This document shows positions 20,738 to 30,842 of a stretch of DNA of 64,000 bases, piece after piece; position 1 is the stretch's first letter; each line of letters opens with the position of its first letter. The notes under the pieces were generated by a model, which worked only from the letters and a program-made list of their open reading frames with translations, was not told where the DNA came from and made no database searches. The position numbers were made by a program, and so were the translations under genes. The stretch is from an archaeon (GTDB lineage: Archaea > Nanobdellota > Nanobdellia > Woesearchaeales > GW2011-AR9). The stretch covers positions 28,500-92,499 of the forward strand of contig JABHRS010000037.1 of the NCBI GenBank assembly GCA_018670085.1, read 5' to 3'.

Positions 20738-20875
20738 ATAGTACAGGAGAGTTAGAGATTATATAAAAAGCTTGCTTGTGTATTATCAGATCCACTCCAA
20801 AAATAACCCATTAAATCAGCTTAAACAAGTAGCAACAAAGAAATCTTTAAATAAGAATCTTGTCCTATCCCTAAC

Positions 20876-21553
20876 ATGGCTGACGCAAAAAAAAAAGAAG
20901 TACCTGCACATATTAAAGAATTTTACGATCGAACTCAAAGTATTGAAAACATTATCAATAACACTAGAAATGTACATTCTGATGCATATGTAACTGCCAC
21001 CAGTGTCCTTAAAGGTGAGAATGACAAACATCCAGTTTATTCCAAATTAGATGACGAAGACATTAGAAATAAATTCATCGACAAGTTAATTGATTCTTAC
21101 CTTCAATTTGCAATAAAAGAATCAGGATCAAACCCTCAAACTAGTTTTGAGAAAGATGTCCTATTACAAAAATACGTAGGTATCACTAGACAACAATTAG
21201 CAGGAATTGTAGAAAAGGAAGGATCCAACTATACTATAGATACTCACGAGAAATTAAGAGAATCGCTAGTCAAAGAACAAGAAAAAAAATTAAGGCCACT
21301 TGCCAGCGGTCATCTTAAAGATGAACATATTGATGACATTCTTGAACACACTGGAACTAAACAATACTTCAACAAAAATGTACTAGAATTAGAAAAAGCT
21401 GCTTCTTTGTTAGGTTTGTACAAAAACAATGGTGAGATTGGAATTGGTGCCATGAGGCAACTTAAAGACCAATTTGGTGGAGATGCTTATTTTACCACAG
21501 ATACCATCAAACAAATGAAGAATTTAAAGGATAACTACAAAAAAGGAAATTAA
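20876..21553 (+). CDS. hypothetical protein (paralog of 21770-22456)
   Basis: Full-length visible similarity to the next ORF. Confidence 0.8.
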   Translation: MADAKKKEVPAHIKEFYDRTQSIENIINNTRNVHSDAYVTATSVLKGENDKHPVYSKLDDEDIRNKFIDKLIDSYLQFAIKESGSNPQTSFEKDVLLQKYVGITRQQLAGIVEKEGSNYTIDTHEKLRESLVKEQEKKLRPLASGHLKDEHIDDILEHTGTKQYFNKNVLELEKAASLLGLYKNNGEIGIGAMRQLKDQFGGDAYFTTDTIKQMKNLKDNYKKGN

Positions 21554-21769
21554 TTCTTTTTGTTCATTTTTTATTCTATTTTTTTTATTTTTATTCAATT
21601 TCTACACTTGTCACAGATTCTAAAGCCAAACTTGATCAAAATTGCTCACTTTTTCAATTAATTTTAAATAAATCAGAGATATCTATCTATAATTGATGGC
21701 AATTATGTCACAGAAACAATTTGCTTCATGTAACATTTTGATTCATGAACCTAAAAACAAAATAAAAAA

Positions 21770-22456
21770 ATGGTAAAATACGAAGAAGGAGTTCCAAAAT
21801 CTGTACAAGAGTTTTACTCTCGAGGTGATAAAATAAAAGAGATGATAGATTTGTCTGAACAAATGCATTCAGCTGTCTACCTTGACGCACGAAGAAAATT
21901 AAAAGCACACACAGGTGAAGCTGGACTACAAAATTTAGAATCAAAAGAAAATCAAGAATTTTTAATCGACGCTTTAGTTGACTCGTACATATCCCACATC
22001 GCAGACAATCAAGGAAGAGAAGCACCAACTGATGCATTTAAAAAAGAGGTTTTTTTGCAACAACAAACAGGTATCACTAAGTCTGCACTTGGCGGCTACA
22101 TTAGAAGTGCAAAAAGTGATTACACTTTATCACGTCATGAACAGGTAAGAAAAACATTTGTTGACAAACAAAGAAATGAGTTAGCAGCAACTAAGACCAG
22201 CCATATGACTGATAGTGATTTAGATGACATCTTAAGACATACCAAAACTGATAAGATGTTTAATAGAGATTTATTAAACACTCAACTTGGCGGAATTATT
22301 TTGGATGTCTACAGAAGTAATGGTGTCTTTGATTACGGAACTATTGACCAAATTGCTCAAAGTACAAAAGGAGAAACAGATTTCAATCAATACTTGACAG
22401 CAGACGCTAAAAAGCAAAAAAAAGATATGGTCAATAATTATGCTATGTCACGATAA
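21770..22456 (+). CDS. hypothetical protein (paralog of 20876-21553)
   Basis: Shared VP..EFY, IDxLxDSY, GIT, YT...HE, DDIL.HT.T. Confidence 0.8.
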   Translation: MVKYEEGVPKSVQEFYSRGDKIKEMIDLSEQMHSAVYLDARRKLKAHTGEAGLQNLESKENQEFLIDALVDSYISHIADNQGREAPTDAFKKEVFLQQQTGITKSALGGYIRSAKSDYTLSRHEQVRKTFVDKQRNELAATKTSHMTDSDLDDILRHTKTDKMFNRDLLNTQLGGIILDVYRSNGVFDYGTIDQIAQSTKGETDFNQYLTADAKKQKKDMVNNYAMSR

Positions 22457-22500
22457 AGAAACAAATCATAACAAAACAATCAAAACATAAACCTCAAAAA

Positions 22501-23199
22501 CTACTGCAACTTACACAATAATGGTCTTTTTCCGTTTATCTTAAGATCATATATGTCACCTGAATCGATCTTAAACAATTCCTCCCTAGTTATGTCAAAC
22601 CGATGATCATAAGAAAAAGTATCACCTTCTTTTAACATTCCAGAAAAACAGGTTCTAAAATAACAATCCCACTCTGAGACATCAAAAGTATAAACGCCAT
22701 CAGAATTCTCCACATAAAAGATATAATTAGCAACATGTGCTTTCCCTTCCGGTCTTCCTACGTGTCCTTCTTCTACAATTTTTGATTCAATGCCAACAAC
22801 AACACCTTCTACTTGATCTCTCATATGACCCTCATTCACTTCATGCAATGAATACCCAGCATGAGCAATTCCTCCCCATAAAGCTAATTGTAAAACACCA
22901 AGCAGTGCAGATCCCAACAGTTTCATCCCATAACCCACAGAAGTAGTCGCTTGAACATCACTATCGCCACTCACTTGACATCTAAAATCTTCATATAGGA
23001 AACTTAATTCATTTTCATCCAACCCATATCTATCCCTAGCTTCTGTGATTAAGGTATTTAGTCGATCTCTATCACTTGATGGAGCATTTTCACCCAAGGC
23101 AACCGCCCTTCTATCAATTAAATTTTCAAGTAATAATAACTCATCTTCTTTAACTGGACGTCCAAGTATTCCCTCTAACTCTTTGATATGGTCTGTCAT
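22501..23199 (-). CDS. hypothetical membrane protein
   Basis: One central TM; ATG 23199 preferred. Confidence 0.65.
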   Translation of the reverse strand: MTDHIKELEGILGRPVKEDELLLLENLIDRRAVALGENAPSSDRDRLNTLITEARDRYGLDENELSFLYEDFRCQVSGDSDVQATTSVGYGMKLLGSALLGVLQLALWGGIAHAGYSLHEVNEGHMRDQVEGVVVGIESKIVEEGHVGRPEGKAHVANYIFYVENSDGVYTFDVSEWDCYFRTCFSGMLKEGDTFSYDHRFDITREELFKIDSGDIYDLKINGKRPLLCKLQ

Positions 23200-23423
23200 A
23201 AAATGTTCAAAACAGCCATTTTTTAAAAAGTTATATCTCAAAATAGTAAATAAATCAACAAAACAACCTAACTTAACTCAAATGTCCCACTCGCTCCCAA
23301 AGCATTAAATAGCTTGTGAATATAGTATATATGTAGTAGACATTTTTGTCACACAAAATACTATTAATAATTGGGGAAAATTGGGGTTTTTGGTAAAATA
23401 ATACAAGAAAAGGAGATATATCT

Positions 23424-25349
23424 ATGGCAAAAAAAACATCAAAAAAAGGGACTAAATCATTAAAAGCAAAATCAGTTAAAACAGTTAATCCAAAAGATCA
23501 AGCTGTTGCAACAATTCCACCGGCACCAACTGGAGCAAACACACCTAACATCCCTCCAGAGATGCAACAAAAACTATCAAAATTACAAGAAAAATTAACC
23601 AAATTCAAAGATCAAGTTCTCGATAAATTTGGGGATTATATTGTTGGAATTACTGTTCTTCCACCACAAAAAAACCCAATTCCAGATCCATCTAACCCTA
23701 ATCAACAAGAAAATAAAAATGCAAAACCAAATCCTAATGAAGTACCAATTTTGGTTTTAGTAGATGATACAACCAGTAAAAAGATGACCAAAGATGAACT
23801 TCATAAAAAGTTCTCAACCATCATTAATGAAATTGCAGGTAAAGTTGATAAAAATTTCAAAGCACAAAGTATGTTATTAACTGACCTTTGGCAAAATTAT
23901 TACGACTCCAAGTATGAAATTTCTAAATTAATTGCAATGGGTGCACCAATCCATGATACTGGAATGTTAGCTGCGATTAAAATTTCCGAAATTCACAAAA
24001 CTATGGTTTTAAAGAAATTCGAAAAATACATTTTAACTTATGTTCTAGCAGGATCTTTAACACAAGGCCGTGCTACTGAAAAATCCGACATTGATGTTTG
24101 GATTGTAATTGATGACACCGATGTTAAGAAAATGTCAAGACTTGAACTTAAGGAAAAGTTAAGATCAATCATTATTGGAATGGGTGCTGAAGCTGGTCAA
24201 ATGACTGGAATCACAAACAAACTAAACATCCAAGTATACATTTTAACTGACTTTTGGGATTCACTAAAAGAAGCAAACCCAATAATTTTCACTCTATTAA
24301 GAGATGGAATTCCAATGTATGATCGTGGAATCTTTATGCCTTGGAAACAGTTATTACGACTTGGAAAAATTAAACCTAGCCGTGAAGCAATTGACATTTT
24401 CATGCAAAGTGGAGAACAGATGCAAAAGCGTATTCAGTTCAAACTTCGTGAAATTGGAATGGAAGATTTGTACTATGCAGCTTTAACTCCAAGTCAGGCA
24501 GCTATCATGCTTTATGGTTTGCCGCCACCAACTCCAAGAGAAACTCCTGAAGTACTTGAAGAAGTATTTGTTAAAAAGGAAAAAATGCTTGAAGCTAAGT
24601 GGGTAAAAATCTTAAAGAGAAATGTACAAGTTAGAAAAGATCTTGAGCACGGCGATAAAAAAGCAATATCAGGTATTGAAATTGATAAAATCATTAAAGA
24701 GACTGAAGAATTTTTAGCGAGGATTAAAAAACTTTTCACTCAAATTGAAGAAAGAAAAGAGCAAAAAAGTTTAATTCACCTTCATGACGAAGTTGTTACA
24801 ATTATTCGTGACATCTTAAGTTTAGAAGGAGTTAAGCGTGCTAAAGAATCTGAAATTGTTAAAATCTTTGAAAATGAGTTAATTACTTCAGGTAAAGTAC
24901 CTAACAAATTTTTAAGAGATCTAAACGAAGTTATTGTAGCTAAGAAGAAATCTGAAAGTGGAAAACTTACTAAAACTGACTTACATAAAGCAAAGAAAGG
25001 CAGTATGGGTTTAATTCGATTTTTAGTAGATTACTTACAGATGAAGCGTGGACGTGAATTACAACGTGCAAAGATCAGAGTAAAACATGGATCCAAATTT
25101 GCTGAGATTACTTTAATCGATGCTGAAGCTTTTATTATCCGTGATATTGATGCACGTGATGGTAAGATCGAAAAAGCTGCAATGAGTAAAGACGGCAGTT
25201 TTGGAGTTGCTAAAAAAAGTAATATGGAAGAGTTTGAAAAAGCTCTTGCATCAGCTAAGTTTCCGCAGCGTGTCTTCATTAAAGAACCAGTGTTTGAAGC
25301 AATTAAGAAACACTTTGGTCCTGAAGCTGAAGTCTTGCTTCATTACTAA
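23424..25349 (+). CDS. nucleotidyltransferase (Pol-beta/MNT) with HEPN-like domain
   Basis: LAGS..SDIDVWIVIDD core, degenerate N-terminal NTase copy (ILVLVDD), LYYAALTPSQAA helix; AGGAG SD. Confidence 0.85.
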   Translation: MAKKTSKKGTKSLKAKSVKTVNPKDQAVATIPPAPTGANTPNIPPEMQQKLSKLQEKLTKFKDQVLDKFGDYIVGITVLPPQKNPIPDPSNPNQQENKNAKPNPNEVPILVLVDDTTSKKMTKDELHKKFSTIINEIAGKVDKNFKAQSMLLTDLWQNYYDSKYEISKLIAMGAPIHDTGMLAAIKISEIHKTMVLKKFEKYILTYVLAGSLTQGRATEKSDIDVWIVIDDTDVKKMSRLELKEKLRSIIIGMGAEAGQMTGITNKLNIQVYILTDFWDSLKEANPIIFTLLRDGIPMYDRGIFMPWKQLLRLGKIKPSREAIDIFMQSGEQMQKRIQFKLREIGMEDLYYAALTPSQAAIMLYGLPPPTPRETPEVLEEVFVKKEKMLEAKWVKILKRNVQVRKDLEHGDKKAISGIEIDKIIKETEEFLARIKKLFTQIEERKEQKSLIHLHDEVVTIIRDILSLEGVKRAKESEIVKIFENELITSGKVPNKFLRDLNEVIVAKKKSESGKLTKTDLHKAKKGSMGLIRFLVDYLQMKRGRELQRAKIRVKHGSKFAEITLIDAEAFIIRDIDARDGKIEKAAMSKDGSFGVAKKSNMEEFEKALASAKFPQRVFIKEPVFEAIKKHFGPEAEVLLHY

Positions 25350-25361
25350 AAAAAAAATACA

Positions 25362-25488
25362 TTGGCGCGTGGGTCCACATGCTGGAATATGAAAGAAAAC
25401 TTGCGAACTTTCACAAGCAATTTTGGTTTGTCATAAACCAAAATAGTAAGCGAAGTGAAATGAAGTAGCCCAGCCTGACCACCGCCAA
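25362..25488. ncRNA. candidate structured RNA / palindromic element
   Basis: Nested stems TTGGCG/CGCCAA, GGTC/GACC, GCTGG/CCAGC, TTTCAC/GTGAAA, ATTTTGGTTT/AAACCAAAAT; GC-rich relative to flanks. Confidence 0.5.
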
Positions 25489-25656
25489 AATTTTGTAGCT
25501 ATGATTTTTTTCTTCTTTTTTCTTTTATTTACATTTACTTCCAGATACTTTGGATTCTTTTGGAATTTGAACCTGTTATTCTGTTGAGACTTAGTTTCTA
25601 CTCAGTTGTGGTTAATCAGACAAAATATTTATAAAAAAGGCTTAGAAAATCATACT

Positions 25657-26904
25657 ATGTCAAACATTACACTCCACTCAGGGCAAATAGCTGCTTTAGA
25701 ACAACTTACTAAGATTCTTTCAGAGCCCCAACCAATAGACAAAGCAAGAATTCTCGCATTAACTGGAATCAGTGGAGTTGGTAAAGATACAGCTTGGAAA
25801 ACAATTGCTGCAGATTATCCAGATAAAATATTTACACCTCATTATATGTTAAGGTCGCCAATCATAGGAAAAGGTTATACTAGAGTTACAACAACAACTC
25901 AATCTGAATTTTCAAAATATTCAAGAGACCCAGTTACTGCAATTATTGTAAAAGGAATGAATGAAGAAGAAACTGTTAGATATTTAGATTCTTCTGGCAA
26001 AGATTTTGGAAAAATTTCAATGGATCAATTGATTGAACATAGTCTTGGAATTCCACTACTTGCTGATCGGCTTTTGCAAAATCCAGATCTTGATGAATCA
26101 CAACTTGCAATGATTGCAGGGTCATACTTAAGAGTCAATTTCAGTTATCAACAAGCAGAGGAGATTAGATTAGATAAAACACAGCTTGAAAAATATTTTA
26201 ATCTGCCAGTGAGTGAAAGTATAAAAACAACCTTTGAGAATTTAAGTTATAGACAAGGAAAAATTGATTTTAGTTGGGATTTATCCAGAATATTGAAAAA
26301 GCAAGCACTTGTGAAAAAAAGATATGGTTATAAATTATTAAATCCATTTCTGAAGTGTCCAGCAAGTTCAGATTTATACAAATCTGTGGGACGAGATTAC
26401 GGCAATGATCCCAGATTAAATCTTTTTGCAGCTAATTTAAGTGAAGAACAGTGTAAATTAATTGAACATGAATTATTTCCAAGGGTATATTTGAATAGTC
26501 ATACTGGTACTCGATTTGATATGTTTTCAGCAGACTTTCGAAAAGTAACCATGCAAATGCAAGATCATCAAAAAGAACATGTGATTTGTGAAGAAGGTAT
26601 TGCTGAACATTTTAGGTCTTATCAAGATTATAGTATTCAAGGAAATTTACCAATTACTAGTCTTCAGGGAAAAAAAGGAACTTTCAAATTTCATGCACAT
26701 GAACATGATGGGATGGTTACTAACCAATTACATGGGGCAATGGCAGTTGAATCACTACTGCAACATATGGGTGTTCCCTACATTATTGATTTTGGAATGC
26801 TTAAAAAAGGATTTAAATATCATCCAAAAACTAATCAATTAGAAGAGATAGATCAGTTTGATCAAAGGTTGTCTCGGGTTAGAAATGAGCGCTCGAATTG
26901 GTGA
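25657..26904 (+). CDS. P-loop NTPase (STAND-like), hypothetical
   Basis: Walker A GISGVGKD; LGIPLLA GxP-like motif; TTTATAAA ~25 nt before ATG 25657. Confidence 0.65.
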   Translation: MSNITLHSGQIAALEQLTKILSEPQPIDKARILALTGISGVGKDTAWKTIAADYPDKIFTPHYMLRSPIIGKGYTRVTTTTQSEFSKYSRDPVTAIIVKGMNEEETVRYLDSSGKDFGKISMDQLIEHSLGIPLLADRLLQNPDLDESQLAMIAGSYLRVNFSYQQAEEIRLDKTQLEKYFNLPVSESIKTTFENLSYRQGKIDFSWDLSRILKKQALVKKRYGYKLLNPFLKCPASSDLYKSVGRDYGNDPRLNLFAANLSEEQCKLIEHELFPRVYLNSHTGTRFDMFSADFRKVTMQMQDHQKEHVICEEGIAEHFRSYQDYSIQGNLPITSLQGKKGTFKFHAHEHDGMVTNQLHGAMAVESLLQHMGVPYIIDFGMLKKGFKYHPKTNQLEEIDQFDQRLSRVRNERSNW

Positions 26905-26983
26905 GAAAGTTAAATAAATTCCAATTGGAAATATCTATTCAAAACGTAACATTAAAAAAGCCAAAAATCTTTCTAAGTAATGG

Positions 26984-27655
26984 ATGGTAGTTAAAAAAAA
27001 AGTTTCTAAAAAAAAGAAAACTAGTGTAGCTACTAAATCCAGAACCAAAACTTCAAAATCCAAATCTAAAAAAAGAGTTACCACCAGACAAATTGATTCT
27101 AAACTTAAGAAAGTTCTAAACGTAGAAAAACATATTGAATCTGAACTTAAAGGGTTAAAAAAATTAGAAAGAAAAGTTGAAAAAGAAGAGCGAGCAGCTT
27201 TGAAAGCTCAAAAAGAAATCAAAAAAGAAGAAAAAAGAATAGAAAAACAACTTTTCAAAATCGGAAAATTCACATTCAAACGTAAACATATGCTTGAAGC
27301 AATTCGTGGAACGGCTGGAGCATTCTTAGGTGTTGGTCTTGGAAAAAGTCTTTTGAGTTTTGAAACTTTAGCAACAGAATTACCTTGGTTCAATATCATC
27401 GGGATCTTAATATTTATCATTTTAGTATCAGCGCTTTTAATTTACAAAAACGAACATGATTTCATCAAAAAAGAAGGCATGCAAATTGTATACAAAAAGC
27501 TAATTTTTCTTTACGCAATCAGTATTACTATAGAATTCTTTGCACTTTGGTTATTTGGTGGTTTAACTGGTCTAGCTGGATTAGAAATGTTAAAAATAAT
27601 CATCCTTGGTAGTTATGCTGCGATGGCTGGTGCTGTTACTTTTACAATGGCATAA
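26984..27655 (+). CDS. membrane protein with Lys-rich N-terminal coiled coil
   Basis: Basic N-terminus, about four TM helices. Confidence 0.75.
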   Translation: MVVKKKVSKKKKTSVATKSRTKTSKSKSKKRVTTRQIDSKLKKVLNVEKHIESELKGLKKLERKVEKEERAALKAQKEIKKEEKRIEKQLFKIGKFTFKRKHMLEAIRGTAGAFLGVGLGKSLLSFETLATELPWFNIIGILIFIILVSALLIYKNEHDFIKKEGMQIVYKKLIFLYAISITIEFFALWLFGGLTGLAGLEMLKIIILGSYAAMAGAVTFTMA

Positions 27656-27663
27656 TAGGCTGT

Positions 27664-27709
27664 AAATTACTACCATTGAATGACTAATTAGGGAAGATTT
27701 ATAAAAAAT
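27664..27709 (+). promoter_or_regulatory. duplicated promoter block, copy 1
   Basis: 39/46 identical to 28353-28398; contains TTTATAAA ~25 nt before ATG. Confidence 0.7.
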
Positions 27710-27729
27710 CAAGCATATTCACATAAACT

Positions 27730-28236
27730 ATGCAATTTGATGAAACATGTTTAATCTTTCACGGAACCACTGAAGAATATTTACAAAGTCAATTTCGAAA
27801 ATTTACTGGCCTATACAGAGGTGAACCTACAACCGGCAGCCCACTGTATTTTGGAGCCTTAGAAAGAGTACAACCAGATACAGATTGGGAAGAACCACTC
27901 TACCGAGGAGCATTTATTGACAAATCTGTTGAAATGCCAATGTATTGTGCTACAATGCATGCAATATCATTCAAAGCAAAACCAATTATGTTAATTACGA
28001 ATTTGGACTTAATTAGAGACAGAATATCTTATGACAATTCTTGTTATCCACTAATTAGAGGTGGCTGGCCAGAAAGAACTTTCATTCAAGTTGATTTAAG
28101 CTATATCGCAAATTTTCAAGAACCATCAGATTTCAATAGAGAACTCTTAGCAACAACCCTCAAAGAAGCAACAGCCAATCAAAAAAGATTCAAGGTGCCA
28201 GAAAATATTCACTGGGATAATATACTCCAACACTAA
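27730..28236 (+). CDS. hypothetical protein
   Basis: 168-aa ORF; N-terminal FHGT. Confidence 0.65.
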   Translation: MQFDETCLIFHGTTEEYLQSQFRKFTGLYRGEPTTGSPLYFGALERVQPDTDWEEPLYRGAFIDKSVEMPMYCATMHAISFKAKPIMLITNLDLIRDRISYDNSCYPLIRGGWPERTFIQVDLSYIANFQEPSDFNRELLATTLKEATANQKRFKVPENIHWDNILQH

Positions 28237-28352
28237 AAAACAAAAAACATCCAGAACTAAAAAGAGATTACTTCTACACTAGATAAAATAATTCATTACT
28301 TATTTCAAACTCTTCAAATGGATAATTCCAAAGAATACTCTATATGTTGGAG

Positions 28353-28398
28353 AAATCACTACTATTGGATGACTAATTACAAAAGATTTATAAATAAT
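28353..28398 (+). promoter_or_regulatory. duplicated promoter block, copy 2
   Basis: Matches 27664-27709; TATA upstream of ATG 28416. Confidence 0.7.
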
Positions 28399-28415
28399 TG
28401 GCCTATCAAGCTGTT

Positions 28416-29870
28416 ATGACAGTTCAAGATTCCACAGACAAGAAATATTCTCTCCCTGAGCTCCCATCTAATTTTGAGTTTCAACCAAACCCACTAAATA
28501 GTATAATCCAAAAATATAATCAATTAAAAGAATTTTTACAACCTGATAATTATGGTGTCAACGGCTGTGGAGTTATAGAAAAAGAGGAATATTATGCAGA
28601 AATACCTATAATAAAGACAGAACTACCACTCATTAACTATTTATCACTCCACCACAAAGGCTATGAAGAAATTTCTCCACAAAACCCTAACTTTGGCCAA
28701 GACGCTGATTACGAGTTTATTAAATCACTACCCCCTCACCTTTCCGATAGCAAGATTCAACTTTCTAATCTAAGTGAATTACTCAAGCAACTAGCACCAC
28801 CAATTATCGCTCAAGAAGAATGTGAAGTCTATAAACAAGCACTAATAGAAGCCCCAACAATTATTCCTGTAGATGATTTAGATGAAATTGTTGAGATGAT
28901 GCTTGCAACTGATTATACAATGGCTTATCGAGAGTTAAGCCCTGTTGTAATGAGTACATCCAATCAATTACCAAGCTATCAACGACGAAGAGTAAAAAGA
29001 CTACTTGAGATTGGTAGAACCATTGGTGAAAATACTTTACTCTCACCATTGTTTAAACAAACTGTAAGTGATGGCTATCAGATTAGAGTTATTCAGCCAG
29101 GTGGATCACAAGATGACCTCAGAAGTGATCTTGCAAATGTAAAATTATGCTGGATTAATCAATCAAACGAACACGCAGCAAGATCAATGGATCAAAGCAG
29201 ATGGTTACAAAATGACACAGACCTTGGTGCTTGTGTTCAATTAATTGGTGAACAGGTTGATAGTTCTTCAAGAATACCCAAAGTTTACATGAGAAACTAT
29301 GTAGCAGAGACTAAAGATGGAGAAAGAATGTTATTTTTGGATACTATTGAAGGAGGAAATATTGCTTGGTCGGACCCTAAATCTTGGATAGATCAAGGAA
29401 GAGGAAAAGAATTATTATATCATTTAGCAGCAACAATTTGCATGGCAAAAACAATGCAATTAAAAAAAATTGGACTTGGAGAAAGAGAATTTCAAAATAT
29501 TGCTTCAACTTTTGGTTACAGAGAAGAGACATTATTTGATACTGCACAAGCATATAGAAAATTGGGAATTCAAACTGATATATTAAAACGTATTGGACCA
29601 TATAATTTTCAAATGTATGCAAGTACTAGCAGAAGAGTCATTAATATTGATGAAATATATGCCCCATCTTTAGACGAATTACAGGTTAGTGTTGACCAAA
29701 TAACTCAGTTTATGACAACTGCAAAAAAAACTATAAAAAAAAATGTTTCAAAAAGAGAAGAAGTTTCATTGTATGTTCAAGCAATGGAAGGTATTAATCA
29801 GACATTGTATCAAAACCAGGGAATTCAAGATTCTTTAGATTCTATTAAAAGTACAATTGCTCTATATTAA
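28416..29870 (+). CDS. hypothetical protein
   Basis: Long ORF; ATG 28416 fits the TATA spacing. Confidence 0.75.
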   Translation: MTVQDSTDKKYSLPELPSNFEFQPNPLNSIIQKYNQLKEFLQPDNYGVNGCGVIEKEEYYAEIPIIKTELPLINYLSLHHKGYEEISPQNPNFGQDADYEFIKSLPPHLSDSKIQLSNLSELLKQLAPPIIAQEECEVYKQALIEAPTIIPVDDLDEIVEMMLATDYTMAYRELSPVVMSTSNQLPSYQRRRVKRLLEIGRTIGENTLLSPLFKQTVSDGYQIRVIQPGGSQDDLRSDLANVKLCWINQSNEHAARSMDQSRWLQNDTDLGACVQLIGEQVDSSSRIPKVYMRNYVAETKDGERMLFLDTIEGGNIAWSDPKSWIDQGRGKELLYHLAATICMAKTMQLKKIGLGEREFQNIASTFGYREETLFDTAQAYRKLGIQTDILKRIGPYNFQMYASTSRRVINIDEIYAPSLDELQVSVDQITQFMTTAKKTIKKNVSKREEVSLYVQAMEGINQTLYQNQGIQDSLDSIKSTIALY

Positions 29871-29886
29871 ACTAATTAATACAAAA

Positions 29887-30780
29887 TCATTTTTGCACCA
29901 GATAAAACAACTCATTACTGGTTTCGAACTTCTCTACTGTATACTCTAATCTTTTACAAAGCAGTTCAACCCATTTTCTTTGTGGATAACGCATAGGCTT
30001 ACCACTACGTGTAACTGTTGGAAAAGAGATTAAAACAAAACTAGCAGCAACTGCATTCAAAACTTTCTCAGTTTGTTTATGTCCATTTCCTCGATCCAAA
30101 TGATCAGTTAATTTTAGCATTAAAGCCAGATCCACTGATTTTAAAGATCCAAGTAATTTAATATCTTTGGAATTTGTCAAATTCAAAATTTTAGAATTCC
30201 CTTCAAAACCATCATAAAATAAAGCCAATTTAGAAAATAACAATTCCAACAATTCCTTCTCTGAATTATTAATATCAACTGCAGTATAACTCATCCCTTG
30301 TAATTTACTTTTTGTCAAATAAACTAAAGAAAACGGATGTAAACCAGCACCTAAGTCAAGAACAGTTTGCAATTTTGGGATTTTAGATATAATCCATTTA
30401 TAGAAAACTTGATAATCTTCTACCCTTTCAGAGCTTGATGCATGTGCAATCAAAATTTTCTTTGAAACATTCTTCAAATGAGTCAATGAAGCAAGTTCTG
30501 AAAGTTCATCTGCAAAGCGCAGATAATCTAAACTACGATTTCCTACACCAAACATTGAATGTGCGCGTCTAAGTTTTGAGCGAACAGCACTAACTATTCG
30601 TTTAAACTCTTTGCTACGAGGGTTAATCTTTTTAGAGTTCAGATATTTTTTTGCAATCGAATCCCTCATTAAAAAAGCTTTAAACTCAGAAATAGCAAAC
30701 GATCTATCAACGGAGCTTAATTCTTTTTTTATTAAAATAGCATCAACCATCAATTTTTGATTACTAGAAACAGCCACCAT
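29887..30780 (-). CDS. Rmt/ArmA (FmrO)-like rRNA methyltransferase
   Basis: HASSSER (cf. HxSTxER), VLDLGAGLHPFS, AVDIN, DLALMLKL, ISFPT...SG. Confidence 0.8.
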   Translation of the reverse strand: MVAVSSNQKLMVDAILIKKELSSVDRSFAISEFKAFLMRDSIAKKYLNSKKINPRSKEFKRIVSAVRSKLRRAHSMFGVGNRSLDYLRFADELSELASLTHLKNVSKKILIAHASSSERVEDYQVFYKWIISKIPKLQTVLDLGAGLHPFSLVYLTKSKLQGMSYTAVDINNSEKELLELLFSKLALFYDGFEGNSKILNLTNSKDIKLLGSLKSVDLALMLKLTDHLDRGNGHKQTEKVLNAVAASFVLISFPTVTRSGKPMRYPQRKWVELLCKRLEYTVEKFETSNELFYLVQK

Positions 30781-30842
30781 CTATCAAAGAATAGTCTCTC
30801 AATATAAAAAGCTTTTTAAGGATTGAAAAAAACATTAAGACA

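Noticed and set aside
25362..25488. Possible tRNA, 5S rRNA or SRP RNA identity
   Set aside because: No T-loop or anticodon arm, no 5S or SRP helix-8 signature; kept only as an unknown structured element.
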